A stretch of 64,000 nucleotides of DNA from positions 133,307-197,306 of the forward strand of contig JAKMXF010000296.1 of assembly GCA_024704765.1 (NCBI GenBank), in the 5' to 3' direction. The translations under genes were made by a program, and so were the position numbers. This document shows, piece by piece, positions 51,760 to 64,000 of the stretch. This DNA is from Oopsacas minuta (lineage: Eukaryota; Animalia; Porifera). Position 1 is the stretch's first letter, and each line of letters begins with the position of its first letter. The notes under the pieces were generated by a model that was given only the letters and a program-made list of their open reading frames with translations, had not been told where the DNA came from and searched no databases.

Positions 51760-52356
51760 TGAAATAGAAAATGATTGCAATAATAATTACTAAATAATCC
51801 CATGAAGAGTTTGTGTTCCAACCATGATATCAGAAAGATTAGGCTTATTGAGGGGTATCAGTTAGTAAAGTTTCAAAATATATCATGTATACAGCAATGA
51901 CAGTGAATTCGATCATTCACATATTCGAATTATCTTTTCCCCTTGAAACTCTCACGTGAACCACATACAAAATCTATCCAATAATTCGACTCGGTTAATT
52001 CTTTTATAGTTGGATATGCGAATTTCATCTACATGTTTTTACATGTATCGTAAAACAGAACTACTTTCTGAAGCATAGGTTGTAAGTCATTTGAATTATT
52101 CAGTCGCAATGTAATGCAAATTTCTAATTGCTAAATTACTAGCGCTATATATTTCAATACTCCGAACGGAATTGGGAACTCTTCAGGTCCACGGTAACCT
52201 GGCAAGATATAGTTTTATAGAAGGTATTACTGAGTATTTAAATTTAGATATATTTGATAAATGAATTTATAAAAAATTGTTAATAAGTTCAATAATTATG
52301 TTATTTAAACAAAAAACCTAAGGTTTTCCTTGCTGTCAGGTACTGTTAGGACCGGA

Positions 52357-55200
52357 CATAGCCTACTAAACATAGGCCATTTCACTGAGCTAAATGCTGT
52401 TGGATCAGGGATTTTCTTATATACCCATAATGTAAATATATATTTCTAGAATAATATTGATATTGTTGTCAGGTTTATCAATAATTTCCTGAGATTTGTA
52501 TTGTGAAGTTATGTTACTCTAAATTCAAATTCTAATAATTTTAACACACTTTACTTTCCGAATATTAGCTCATTGTGTATTTATCTTTGGCAGATGCCAA
52601 ACTCGTGTTCTGCTCCCAGGTGTACTACTGGATACTACAATGATCATAGTGGTGTTGCAGAGTTCATATTCCTTCTGGGCCGCAAGATATTCTCCTTAAG
52701 TGGAAACGATTTCTGGATAGAGGTGGTAAGTATTTCTTTAGAACTTGGATAAAGATTACAATGATAATTCAACGGTTGAGGCTTAATTTATAATTACATA
52801 ATCGTGTAATTATATGATAGATCTTCATACGATGTAAACATTTTTGTTTGCGCTAGCACTTTGATTCTGATGATTTAGTTGGCACGCAAACTTATCTTGA
52901 CATTGATGGTCAAACGAAGACACGACCAATAAGGCTACTTTGAAGAAATGTGCAGTGCCTAAATATCTTCTTGGATGCCCTGATCGTCTTAATAATCACA
53001 CTATTAATTATCCAAGGCTTGATAGAGACAAAAAGGAACGTGATTTACTTGTCCAAGTATGTCAAGTTGTGTCAAATATTAAAGTTGTATTCTTACATAT
53101 TTTATGGAATTGTACTATATAGGTAATTAAACAAAGAGTTGATGTATTTGAAGAAGAGCAGAGAGAATTCACTGTCTCTAATTTAGATGACATAAACACT
53201 ATTCACATAACATGAAGATCCTCCAAGAATGGATTGTTTGGATTATGGGTCATGTAATTAGTATCATCCATTTAACAACAAATAGTGGAGTTATTTCTGC
53301 ACAAGATAGTTTTACTATTGACAAATTTCTTCAAGTGAGATGTTATCATCATGGGATATGTGTCAGATCTCTACATTGATTGATGAATTGTCTAATTTCA
53401 CTGAATATAATGCAGTTGATATTGGTAAGACATATTCCTATACACTGTGCAGTTTATGAACATTGTTTCGAACATTACTTAACTTTTTACACTCAATTTA
53501 GAGCTTTCACATTGCATTACTTCCATGAAAAAAGCTGTTTTCTTGCTTGAACAAGTATTCGATCAGACTGGTAGGATTCATAATATACAAAATCTAACTT
53601 CATGAGAGTACAATTACAAGTTATATCATGGTTCTAGGCACCTACAAGTTCCCCAACCTAATATCCCAGCTCTATTTTATTTTGGGCCAGCTAGAAAACT
53701 CTATTGTAAAGAAAACACGTCGCCGGTATAATATGGTTACAATGATATTATCTTTAAAGTGTCATTTATTATCTCCTGCTTGTTACAGACAACTTCGTAA
53801 TATAGATTGTGTTTCTCTGCCCACGATAATCATTATTTCAGTTATATTCTAACTTTGGCCTTGATACGTATTTCTTGACTTATCTCAGAGCAGAAACATC
53901 CGAATTTAACCAGTATGAAGGTCATGTTTGCCATAATATTGATGAGATTCATGTGAAATCTTGCATTAGTTATAAAGGTTAGTTGTTGTATTATTTCAGT
54001 TCATGAAGTCCTTCTATATATACTGTCGTTTTAAGGAGGAAAGCTTATTGATACTGCTGAATGTTCAAAATCAGAAGAGATAGAAGCAACCAAAACTATC
54101 TATGCTTTATGGTAACTAGCTTGTATAAGAAATGGTCTAGTTGTACATTTGTTCCCACTAACCAACCTTAAAGCAACAGATTTACATCCAATTACTCAGC
54201 AAATAATTTCTGATATCGAAAAGTGTGGATTAATTGTAGATGCGATTGTCTCAGATATTTATCCTTTGAATGCGAATCATTCAAGTTACTTGGGAATAAT
54301 ACAGATCTTCTTCCCTATGTTACTCATCCCAATGGTAGTAGACGCTCTCTTTATATAGTTTTTGATTTTGTAGACATCATCAAGTCTATTAGGAATATTT
54401 AGGTTAATCAAAAAGATGATGACTGTACATTCTTTTATCCAAACTCTGAAGATTAATCCATTTCTACTCACCTAGTACGATTGCATTGTCATGTTTTATA
54501 CAAAATGATCGTGTATTAGAATGTGGAAGTGTACAAAAACTGTCCAATATTCTCAAGCTTTACCATAGGAAATCATGACCGTAAAGATAGAGGCTCCTTT
54601 ATGGAATTTATCAGAACATTTCAAATCCATGAAAACGATATAGATCTTGATTGTACAACTTTACATGTGTTCCCTCTTTTGAAGATTCTCCCCGAATTCT
54701 GATACAAGACAAGATATAGTTTCATCGGAGGGTATGCGGCTTTCTCTCTGTTAAGGAAATTACTAAACTTCAGAATTGTGTCCAGAATGTTATTTTTACT
54801 AACTGAGGATAAGTCTGTAGAAAAAGAAGATCTAGATCTCAATTTTTCGCTGATTCAACTCCTAGATCGTGGCGGATTTAAATTGCCATCTAAAGTAGTT
54901 CATAATTCCGTTTTACAATCTTGAAAGTGTCTACAATACTGAACGTTCGCCAGTCTCAAAGATTTTCTACGATCGGATTCAAGATCCATTTTAGTGCAGC
55001 TAACTCTTCTTAAACTTGATAGTGAGGAGTTTGAAGACTTGGAGTATGAGTGTTTCGATTGCTGTACAGAAGGAAAAGGCTTATTCCATTCACTTTTGAT
55101 AACAGTTGCCCAATTTGTTACTTAACAATAAGGCCAAGAATCTAAAAATCCCCACTACCTGTTTCCAAAGATAATCAAAGGAAATATCTCAAATTATCTT
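52357..55200 (+). mobile_element. P-element/THAP9-like transposon, decayed, intron-containing
   Basis: Start CATAGCCTACTAAACATAGG; THAP MPNSCSAPRC; RRYNMVTMILSLKCHLLSPACYRQLR; DEIHVKSCISYK; VDAIVSD; FDFVDIIKSIRN; LDRGG; right end not found. Confidence 0.72.
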
Positions 55201-56299
55201 ATAAATAATTAAATTGCAATCATCATTATATTTGATAATGTGTCCTATTTTATACTGATGTTTGTACTGGGAAGCAATCAAATACCCATACTGCTATATT
55301 TATGACAATAATACTCAAATATGAATAAGAATAAAGTAATACATAATGATATATATGTTGTAGTCTAGAAAAGGTCAACTGGATCTTATCCCTGGTCCAA
55401 AGTAGTGAAATTGCTGTTTACTCGGCTATGAATGAGCTAATTAAATATTCAATTCCAGATTGCATGAATTTAAATGAGATGGGACAATTCTGATAAAATA
55501 TTTGTATTCTACTGGTAGGTGTTACCCCACTATTACAATTTCGAATTGTGCGGAGCAAAAATAGTTGACATATCTGCATATTTATATTTCAAGTGGCTGG
55601 ACTGGCACATAAGCTGAAAATCGGTACAAGAATGGAATACATTATGAAAACCATTCGAGATTTTCTAACCTGACATTCAAATACTTGCATAGCCAGAGAT
55701 TAAGTCAATTTTGCAACATTGTTATTCACATAGGAAGTGGCGTACACATATTCGATACTTCCACTTCTTCACATGTAAAAAGATAATATGTCAACAAAAG
55801 TGGCTCTAAACAATTCGAAATATTGCTACATGGATAATACATGCCGATAGAATTCATAAATAATATCAGAATTGTTTCATCTCATTAGAATTTTGCGTAA
55901 TTAGGAACTGAATATTTAATTAGCTCATTATCTATTTAATGAGCAAACAGACTAGAAAATACCTCTTTTAGAAAATATTCATCGTTTTAGTCAAGGCATT
56001 GTTAACTAATATAGTCAAAATAGTCTTTCAGGTATATTATCGTATGCATATTCAAATATCCGCTGTGTTTCCAAGATTTACAATTGATAAGTAGTTAGTG
56101 GTGTGCAAGTAATTTTGTTCGGTAAGTATATTTGAATAAATTAACCGCTTGATTTATTGAATTACATGTAAGTCTGGAAGTTAATCGCATATTTCGGTAA
56201 ATGTGAACATCCCGAATAACAGCATCAAACTGTTTCTATATATTACCTACGACAATAGAGTCTGATTTTTTATAGGAACCACTTCCTGCGAACAAATCT

Positions 56300-56690
56300 T
56301 CGATCAGTTCTAGCCTTTATAGAGAGCTGATAGCAGTTATTTCGTCGATAAATTCCCAAGCAATAACCTCTTCAAATCTCATCGAAAGTACTCGTAAACA
56401 CCGGATTCGCAATCAGCATTAAATTTGCATCAATTTGATGGGACTTGACAAGATTTTGCCCTTGCAAAAGCAGGAATATCTCAGGAATGTAGCAAGATTC
56501 CATTCTCAAAAATTGTCCTAACCACATCGAGTAACCCTTCGTTTGACGCGGCTAAGCGAACTGAGAATAGTCATACACATGTAGACCTTCTTAATTATCT
56601 TTAACGTGATCGCCCCCGCGGCATATGGTTTCCTAGTTTTAGCGTATTCCTTACAGATATAGAATGCCATCCTCTGTTTTGTCAGAAATC
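56300..56690 (-). pseudogene. hAT (GTF2IRD2/SPIN-like) transposase fragment
   Basis: AFYICKEYAKTRKPY...SSLSRVKRRV resembles the AKxKKPY / LSRxTVxRR segment of these transposases. Confidence 0.35.
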
Positions 56691-58379
56691 TTTACTATAA
56701 GTGCCAAATATATAGTCATGATATATCATGGTATTTAGTTTTAAGTGTTAACGTCATAAAAAATTAGTAATATAAATTATCTAGTAACTACACATTATGG
56801 TAAATTTCCGAAACCCAACCTAGTCATTTACTGAATTATCTAATGCATATTCACTGAGAACTTTGTGCATTAAGTCAAACAGTTACCTGTGTGTCTGGCA
56901 CAATGCACATAGTTTGATGAAATTTAATGAAGTTCTCGCTTGGGGGCTGTTCGGCGAAATAGCTGCATTCAGCTATAAATCAAGGGATCGAAAATGTATC
57001 CGCCGGAAGTGTTTCCTGTCAAAAGTCAGTCAGGATCTAGGGTCATGAGAAGAAATAGAAAAAGTTTGGTGTACTGATGAGGGATTTTGACATAAATTTG
57101 CAAAGCTGCACTACTATAATAAAAAACGAGTTCATAAGAAAATAAAATATTGGACCATTCGCATACGAAAATGGGGAATATGCAATAAATAAAAAATAAT
57201 ATATTAACTAAGTAAATATATGATTGGTTCATACTCATAAATATTTAACATAATAGACGAGCATCGTTATGGCCTCAAAAACTAGAAAAGTAACGAGGGA
57301 AAGCCGGTATTTTTCCAAGTTTATGAATATTCATTCTATCAATGAGCCTAGTTTCAGTGACAAATGTCAACAATAAATTTCTGATAATATTCTAACAATA
57401 TGAAAATATTTTGGTAAAATTCCAGCCAAATGAAAAAAGCCAGTCCCAATTATTAAAAAAAAGTCCCTTTTACAGGGAAAAATCGGCCTTGGTCGATTTC
57501 ATACGAAAACTCTTAGGAATTCAGGCTTCCTATATTAACCGAATAATGTATGAAAATATGTCATTTATGATGTCAAATAGGTGCAAAATCTGTTTTTTTT
57601 GGTGCGGGGATTAGATAAAACGAAATGAGAAAATATTAGTGTTCCTTTTCGTCACGAACGTAGGACTTCGGTTGTAATCTATTAGAGATTCTGGTGGCTA
57701 TAGTCACTAACCAACCCGATTTGTCGAGGACTGAGGACGAGGCGTGTAAACTAGAACTGATTTTAGTCTACGAACAGTTGGTGTTAAATTAGCGTAGCTC
57801 AGTTTGGTAAGTTTGCCACGTCCCTGTTTACATGGTAAACGGAAAGTCACTTTTTCAATATTCAACTATTGATAACATTGGCTAGGGTAGAGCACTTATA
57901 ACCAGTCTTTCATCCAAGTGCGCTACGCGCGCCTACAGGCGCGTATTTATAAATAATTTGTATAGTTAGGAGCAAGAAAATTTTGAGGGTAAGGCGCGCT
58001 GTATACACCTAACTTCGGAGAATAATTTAATGAGTACATGACAATGGTAAATGTCACTTGAATTTCGTCTAAATCATCAAATTAGAGCTACGATATAGAG
58101 ACAGATTCAGGGATTTTAAGCTCCAAAAATACAAGTTCGCGTACAATCTTACTCCTAGAGGAGCGTCCGACGCTTCTAGATAATTCTTCCTTGATGCTAA
58201 TGTACGGCGACTCACGTAAGTCTTTCCGCGGTATCCTGAAACTAGTCCAATTCACATCAAAATTATTCATATTTTGAGATGTATTGTGCAACTAAGGTAT
58301 AGAACTCTTCTAATGTGAATATGTACACACCATTGTGGTAGTGAGGTGTGACTAATCAGATTGAAGTTATTTGACAATA

Positions 58380-58850
58380 CACAGTACTGTTAATTTATTG
58401 ATCCTACTGACTGTATGAAATTACAGTAAACATGTCCAAAACGGCTACCAAAAAGACTATGCAAATTGGGCGTTAGACAGGTGGACGCTAAAGAGAGGTT
58501 GGCTGAAATGGAGAGATGAGGGAATTACGACAAGTAACTGATATCTAAGATCCTAAAGTGGAAGCAGGAAATGATGACCACCCAGGAAACTTATTAAGGT
58601 AAACTTGATGAGAAGGAAACGATATATAAAGTGGCACTTAGATTAAGGAAGAGGCTGCTAGAGAAAGGCGTTGCGCCAGTAAGGGACCCAGGATTGTGTC
58701 CACTGTCAATGTAGGGCTAGATAGTCGCTTTATAAAATTGACAGTTAAACAGGTTCGAAAGTACAAGTAAGAAGTGGTATCTTATGCATTCAAGTTGAAT
58801 GTAACCAGTGATTCTAAGAGTTGTAGAGGTGTGTCAGGTGTAAATTCATA
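58380..58850 (+). pseudogene. Probable Gypsy polyprotein relic
   Basis: Decayed purine-rich coding-like segment (ISKILKWKQE); possible short LTR/PBS at ~57650-57790; weak. Confidence 0.3.
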
Positions 58851-59668
58851 ATTTAACACTTTGGTCAATAATTAAAAATGACGCAAATATCCCGACAGTA
58901 CCAGGTTATCATCTGAGTATATTTTGATTTTGCATTGCAAAATCAATCAAGGGGATATTTTCAGATTCTTACCAATGAGATACAATCCTGAATATGACAA
59001 TATACCCTCCCTGAAAATAAACTATTAAGACATTGCTAACTTTCCAATACAGAGTATACTAGCCTAGCCCCTTTTGATGGGCTATACAAGAAAACTATAA
59101 GAGTTAGAATAAATGTATCCAAAGTAAGTTTGACCAAATGAAACAAATTGAAATTTTCAAACGTATCAAAAGTAATCCATAGTCCTAGTTTGTGCGAAAC
59201 AAAATCCTCGTGATTAATGATATATCTTTAGGTTAGCATTACAAAACTTAAACAAACGCGTACAAATAATTGTAAACCTAAGATCATTGTGTTAAACCCT
59301 AACCAGGTCAAATTCTATAAACCACCAAGAAGCAATAAGTAGCCATAGCTCTTAACTCGAAAAGGACACTAAAATCACTAATAAAAAAGCTATTCAAATG
59401 TGTCACCTGTGGACAAGAATGGGTCATGGTCACTACTGATTAACCATGATCCATTCTGCTGTGTGCACATGCTTCTGGAAAAGTCTACATGGGATAAGAA
59501 ATAACTATTTTTTCGTTACATAGCTGACGGTTAATGATGTTGAGATCAATTTAAAGATACGAGCAATTGCGACAACTGTGAAAGCGATTGTTATGTAACT
59601 GTATTTTACTCTTCAGTGTAATATCTCGAAGAAAATGTACATTTGTACGTACAAGAAATAAAACAAAC

Positions 59669-60305
59669 CAATAGTCCAAGCTGCAGTATCTCTTACTGGT
59701 ATCATGGAATCACTTAATAGTTCTATCATTATTGCAAGAGCTTGTGTAACAATGTTACTTAATGTCTCTTCGTCAGGACCATCAAGTATTGATCCGAGGC
59801 ACATAACGGCAGCTTCTCTGTATCTCCAATCAGCGCTTTTTATGTTTGCATCAATGAAGGGCATGACTTTATCAACAATGTCATTTTCAGCAACATTTGC
59901 CATTAACATTATACACACACCAGCAGCTTTGCATGGATTCCATTCATCATCGTCATCAACTTCTTCTTGCTTAGTCATTAATTCTTGCAGAATTGGCACT
60001 AAATATTGTAGAGCACCTCTGACATAATGTTTACTAATTCGTGAGGGTTGTCTCCCCTGTTTAGAAGCCTCATCTATTTCATAAGACAGGTTATCTTCTT
60101 CGTCACAAACGGTAGACCAAAATTCAATTCCTTGGAGTGAGACATCCTCAGAATCGGATTTCATAGCATCAATGGTAATGGCAAACAATGCTGGAGCCAT
60201 ATATTGTTCCATATAGTGATAATATAAAGACATTATTTTAACAAGATTTTGCAAAGCTGCGACACGCACAGTGATATCTTGACTTTGTGTAGCTTCACAG
60301 ACAAC
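59669..60305 (-). CDS. KPNB1: Importin subunit beta-1, internal coding exon (first exon visible in window)
   Basis: Translation VVCEATQ...[17 protein letters not shown]...[14 protein letters not shown]...[15 protein letters not shown]...[19 protein letters not shown]...[10 protein letters not shown] matches importin-beta HEAT repeats. Acceptor tttag at 60307-60306 (phase 0), donor G|gtttgt at 59668 (phase 1). Confidence 0.95.
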
Positions 60306-63300
60306 CTAAAAACATAGAGGTAAATACAAGAATTATAAAGCGATGGTGATGGTGTGTTTGAACAAAGCAAGTTAAGCACGATGACGTCATGCTTAACATA
60401 TATTTCCATGAATGCAAGATACTACAGTCGAAAGATCGGAGTATTGAACTCCAATCTAATTCGCTGATCATTTTAGGAATTTGCAGTATAAAGTTAAGCA
60501 AATCAAAAATTTAGTAGATCGAATAAGGCTCATGAACAATTGAAATCTGCTTGCAACGGCACTACCAGTAGCTTTGGAAATACTCGAAATGTGTAGACAA
60601 TACGTATATATCGTTAGGCATTGTTTTACTGTAACGACAATTATTCTTCTTCTGTACAGTTATCTAGATGTGTCCCCGAAAAGAAAATTTATGAAATTCT
60701 ATTGTTTGAGATGATACATATCCCTTGGTTGACAACATTTAATTCCTAGAATATCCTGGATTTCCCACTAGGTGGTGCAGAGAAAGAAATTTTGGCACGA
60801 AGTTTACACGGAAGTCCCGAGTTTATCACGAACTTACACAGTGCTGGATCAATTAATATCTGGTTGGGGGATAAATATCCGGATGGGTCGGTGGGGCGCT
60901 GTAGGCCTTCTAGTGACGCGACTGTAGACAAGGGAATAGTTATAATATGAGCTACGCCCTAAACTCAAGCCAATCCCCTTGGATCATATACTGGATATAC
61001 ACGAGTACGAGATTACATTGCCACTCAATGCCCAACTTAGTGGCGAAGTAATTGCTTGGGCCACGAATTTTCATCATGTAAACTGAATATAGCATGAGAG
61101 AAGGTGAGCAAATTACCAAAGTGAGAGGAAATGCATTAGAAACTACATAATTGGTGATTTTCAAGGTCGGCTGTCTGAGAAAATGTCAAGTAAGAAGGGT
61201 CTGTTTCGAAGACCACAGCCGAATAAATATCCCAAAAAGGTGTATATGTCATTTTTGGGTAAACATGGAGTGGAATATCACAGCAAACTTAGACAGGCAA
61301 AAAATATTTAAGGAAAGGGGGGAAATCTCATTGAAATGTAGAAATAGCTTGAACAGAGAAATCGAAGAGACACCAGAATTTAAGATGGGTCTAACTCAAT
61401 TACATTTGAATATTGTACATTGAATTGGCTGAATAAGACAGAAATCTAGTATGGAAATTAATTTCTCAAAAAACTGGAATATGACTGAAATTAGCTACTC
61501 TAAATATATCCTTAGTTTCATCAATTGACAATTTTATTATAGGACACATTCTGGTGGGCTTTCAAATAATAATTGCGGTTTCTAAAGTAAATCTTTATAG
61601 AGATTCATGCAAATATCTTTTAACCTAACTGTATAATCAGTATTGTATGATCAAATTTATAAATGCCAAAATAAGAAATTTTGGAAGGTCACCTGAATGG
61701 CTCATCGTTTTATCAAAATGGAACAACAATTTATACAATTAACAAGCAATCAATCAATATATGTATGTATATTTAAATTGTATGTCCAGAATTCATTGAA
61801 GAAAGTGGAGGACCCAAGGGCTGAAATCTGGCATACAGGGGAGGGGCATCTTGGACCTGGATCGGACAAACTCGAGTGTGGGACGAAAAATCATGCATAT
61901 GAGGAGATTATGAGGTCATTTTCACATTTTTGGTTTTCAAAAGTCTCACTATTAATCACTGCTCAGTCAATATACATGATGGGAGCTTAAAATTTGAATC
62001 ACAGGTACCCTCAATATGCTAAACAATCTGACGTCATGATTGTTCATATTTCATACAAAAAATCTAAATTTTCAATATTTCCTAATACCCGAGGCACAAA
62101 ATACCGAGATTACAAACCAAAAGCGACATACCATCTCCATTGTCACGGAAGAAAGCCATTTAATGTAATTTGGAAGCTCCATAGAATAACATCTTAAAAT
62201 GTTAACTATTCTGTGAATTCGAAGCACGTAATACCGAGTATGCTCAGTTTAGTAGCGACCAATAAAACTATATAATCTAGCTGTGAGATATAATTACCAT
62301 AGCTGACCCGGAGCGCCATGCGTCGCGCAGTGTCCTATCAAGCGAAACGGTGGTAGTATACATTCAAGTACGAGGCATTATGGTGCGGGATATATTTTGT
62401 GACATGCACAAAGATATATGTCAGTTAGGGCAAACATTAACTTAGAACTATTTAGTTTTCAAAATTTAAGAACATTATCATCACGAAACTTTAGAAAGAG
62501 AATTGTAGTAGTGAACGTGAGATAAAACCTAAAACATAAATCAGGATATTCAAAAAGAACACTTTGTGAAATATTTTTACGGATATATATGGGCTGCATA
62601 ATTGCGAAGCACGATGTATATACGGTAACAAAAAAGATTAGTACCATTAGATGCTCGAAATCGTTTTCTTGAACTAATGGAAGATACTAGCATCATGTGT
62701 TTTCGATTAATTAAATGAAGTGGCTATTGCATTTATGAGTCCTAAGTGGACAAATTAATTCCACAAAACTGAGCAAACTGAATTGCAAGCAAATGTTACA
62801 TTTTATGTAGTTCCCAAAAGTAGAAATTTGAAGAAAAATTTATATCCAAACCCTACCTATTGTGATTTCGTCAAAAACTTATTTAACAAAGTCACACAGC
62901 CGAAAAAGTTTCGAGAGAGCTGACAATCATGTTCTGAAAAGGAGTAGATACTATTTTAGAACGAGAAATATATACACGAGCTTCAATTGCAACTAATTAA
63001 TGGTGATATTACTCCTCTATTTTATTGAAATCTACAACTCATCAATATCTAGCCCAGTTAAAGAACTCTGAATGGCTTATTAACTTACCTAGTTGAGTAG
63101 AAGATTTGGATGCAGAAAATGAAACCGAATATATAGCCAAGCTGTGAGTACAGAAGAAAAGGCAAACAAGTGTAGAATATATTTAGTAAATATGCCAGAC
63201 ATACTAATTTTGCACTCCTGAAATGCTCAATCTTATTTCAGGTGAACAGAAAGGGTTGCAGGCTCTGACATCAACAACTTCCCTATTCGTTGAAAACTTA

Positions 63301-63697
63301 AAAATTACTTCAAAATACTCTTGTGAAGTTGTGACATCTGATATCTTCGCGAAATAAGTATTTGATATTTATGGAAGTACTTCTACAATATTTTCTCATT
63401 ATGTATTTCTTCAGATAATTTTCTGCCAAAATTCCCATACCCTGAGAATTATTTTGAATATGGTACGAAATAGGTTCATTGCTCCACACACACGATAGAA
63501 TTACTCCAAAAGTAAATGGCTCATTTTTCACACCACCTGATAATCTTTGGAGAAAATTTGGGCTCTTTATGTAATTTGAAATTTAGTCGTCAATTTTTAG
63601 ATCTTGAAGAAAGCAAATAACTAGTTTGAATAATTATATGATAAAGAGAAATAAATGTGATATCATCCAAACAATACTTTATTGAAACCAATATATA

Positions 63698-64000
63698 CAG
63701 TCTGTCAAGATGAAATTGAGACTTTCGTGTAACTGTGTATATTTTCTGAATTTTTTCATTTGTTTTCTGATTCATTTATACATGTATATCAAGTTACCAT
63801 TAGTTAATTGATTCTAGAATACACGAATAACCTATCAGTCTGTCACTTAGAATACATATTCCCGAAAATATCTGCTATATTCCTATAGACCACTCCAATT
63901 TCAGTTTTTGGCTCATATTTGTCTTTTGTGTCGAAATACTAATCAGTATGGTGGAGTTAGAACGAAAGACCTCATCCCAAAATTATTCGATGTCGGGGTT
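63698..64000 (+). mobile_element. Tc1/mariner 5' end (continues beyond window), same family as 1-764
   Basis: TA|CAGTCTGTCAAGATGAAATTGAGAC; reverse-complement match to 461-764 with scattered substitutions. Confidence 0.85.

Larger units (their letters stand above)
44471..59668 (-). other. KPNB1 intron, 15,198 bp, transposon-filled
   Basis: GT...AG boundaries with matching phase between two importin-beta exons. Confidence 0.88.

Noticed and set aside
57795-57809. tRNA gene (TAGCTCAGTTTGGTA resembles a D-arm/A-box)
   Set aside because: No B-box/T-arm or cloverleaf follows.
61690-61725. Upstream KPNB1 exon (HFDK followed by a gt donor)
   Set aside because: Surrounding sequence is non-coding and does not match the expected importin-beta segment; the N-terminal exon(s) were not found in 60306-64000.

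Overview
AT-rich eukaryotic (metazoan-like) genomic DNA; the species cannot be determined from the sequence alone. The only host gene recognised is importin subunit beta-1 (KPNB1) on the minus strand. Three coding exons (60305-59669, 44470-44169, 26339-25317) splice in frame to the C-terminal 653 aa, separated by 15.2-kb and 17.8-kb introns; the N-terminal exon(s) lie beyond 64000. Almost everything else is a dense, nested field of mostly decayed transposons: Tc1/mariner, pogo/Tigger (one intact), hAT (Buster, Ac-like, MITEs with 8-bp TSDs), Chapaev3, P/THAP, a probable Ginger element, Gypsy relics and Helentron-like repeats. The most notable content is two related Transib/RAG1-like elements (3489-7595, and 45798-51759 after rearrangement). 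Both end in the exact V(D)J heptamer CACAGTG with 5-bp TSDs and share a CACAGTG-N23-AATAGGTATT 3' end. They encode ~700-aa RAG1-core-like transposases with an NBD-like region and relics of a C-terminal Cys/His tail, but have no RAG2-like partner. The second element was rearranged into an apparently perfect 2,295-bp inverted duplication inside a KPNB1 intron; its ancestral state can be rebuilt from the TSD. No rRNA, tRNA or CRISPR array is supported.
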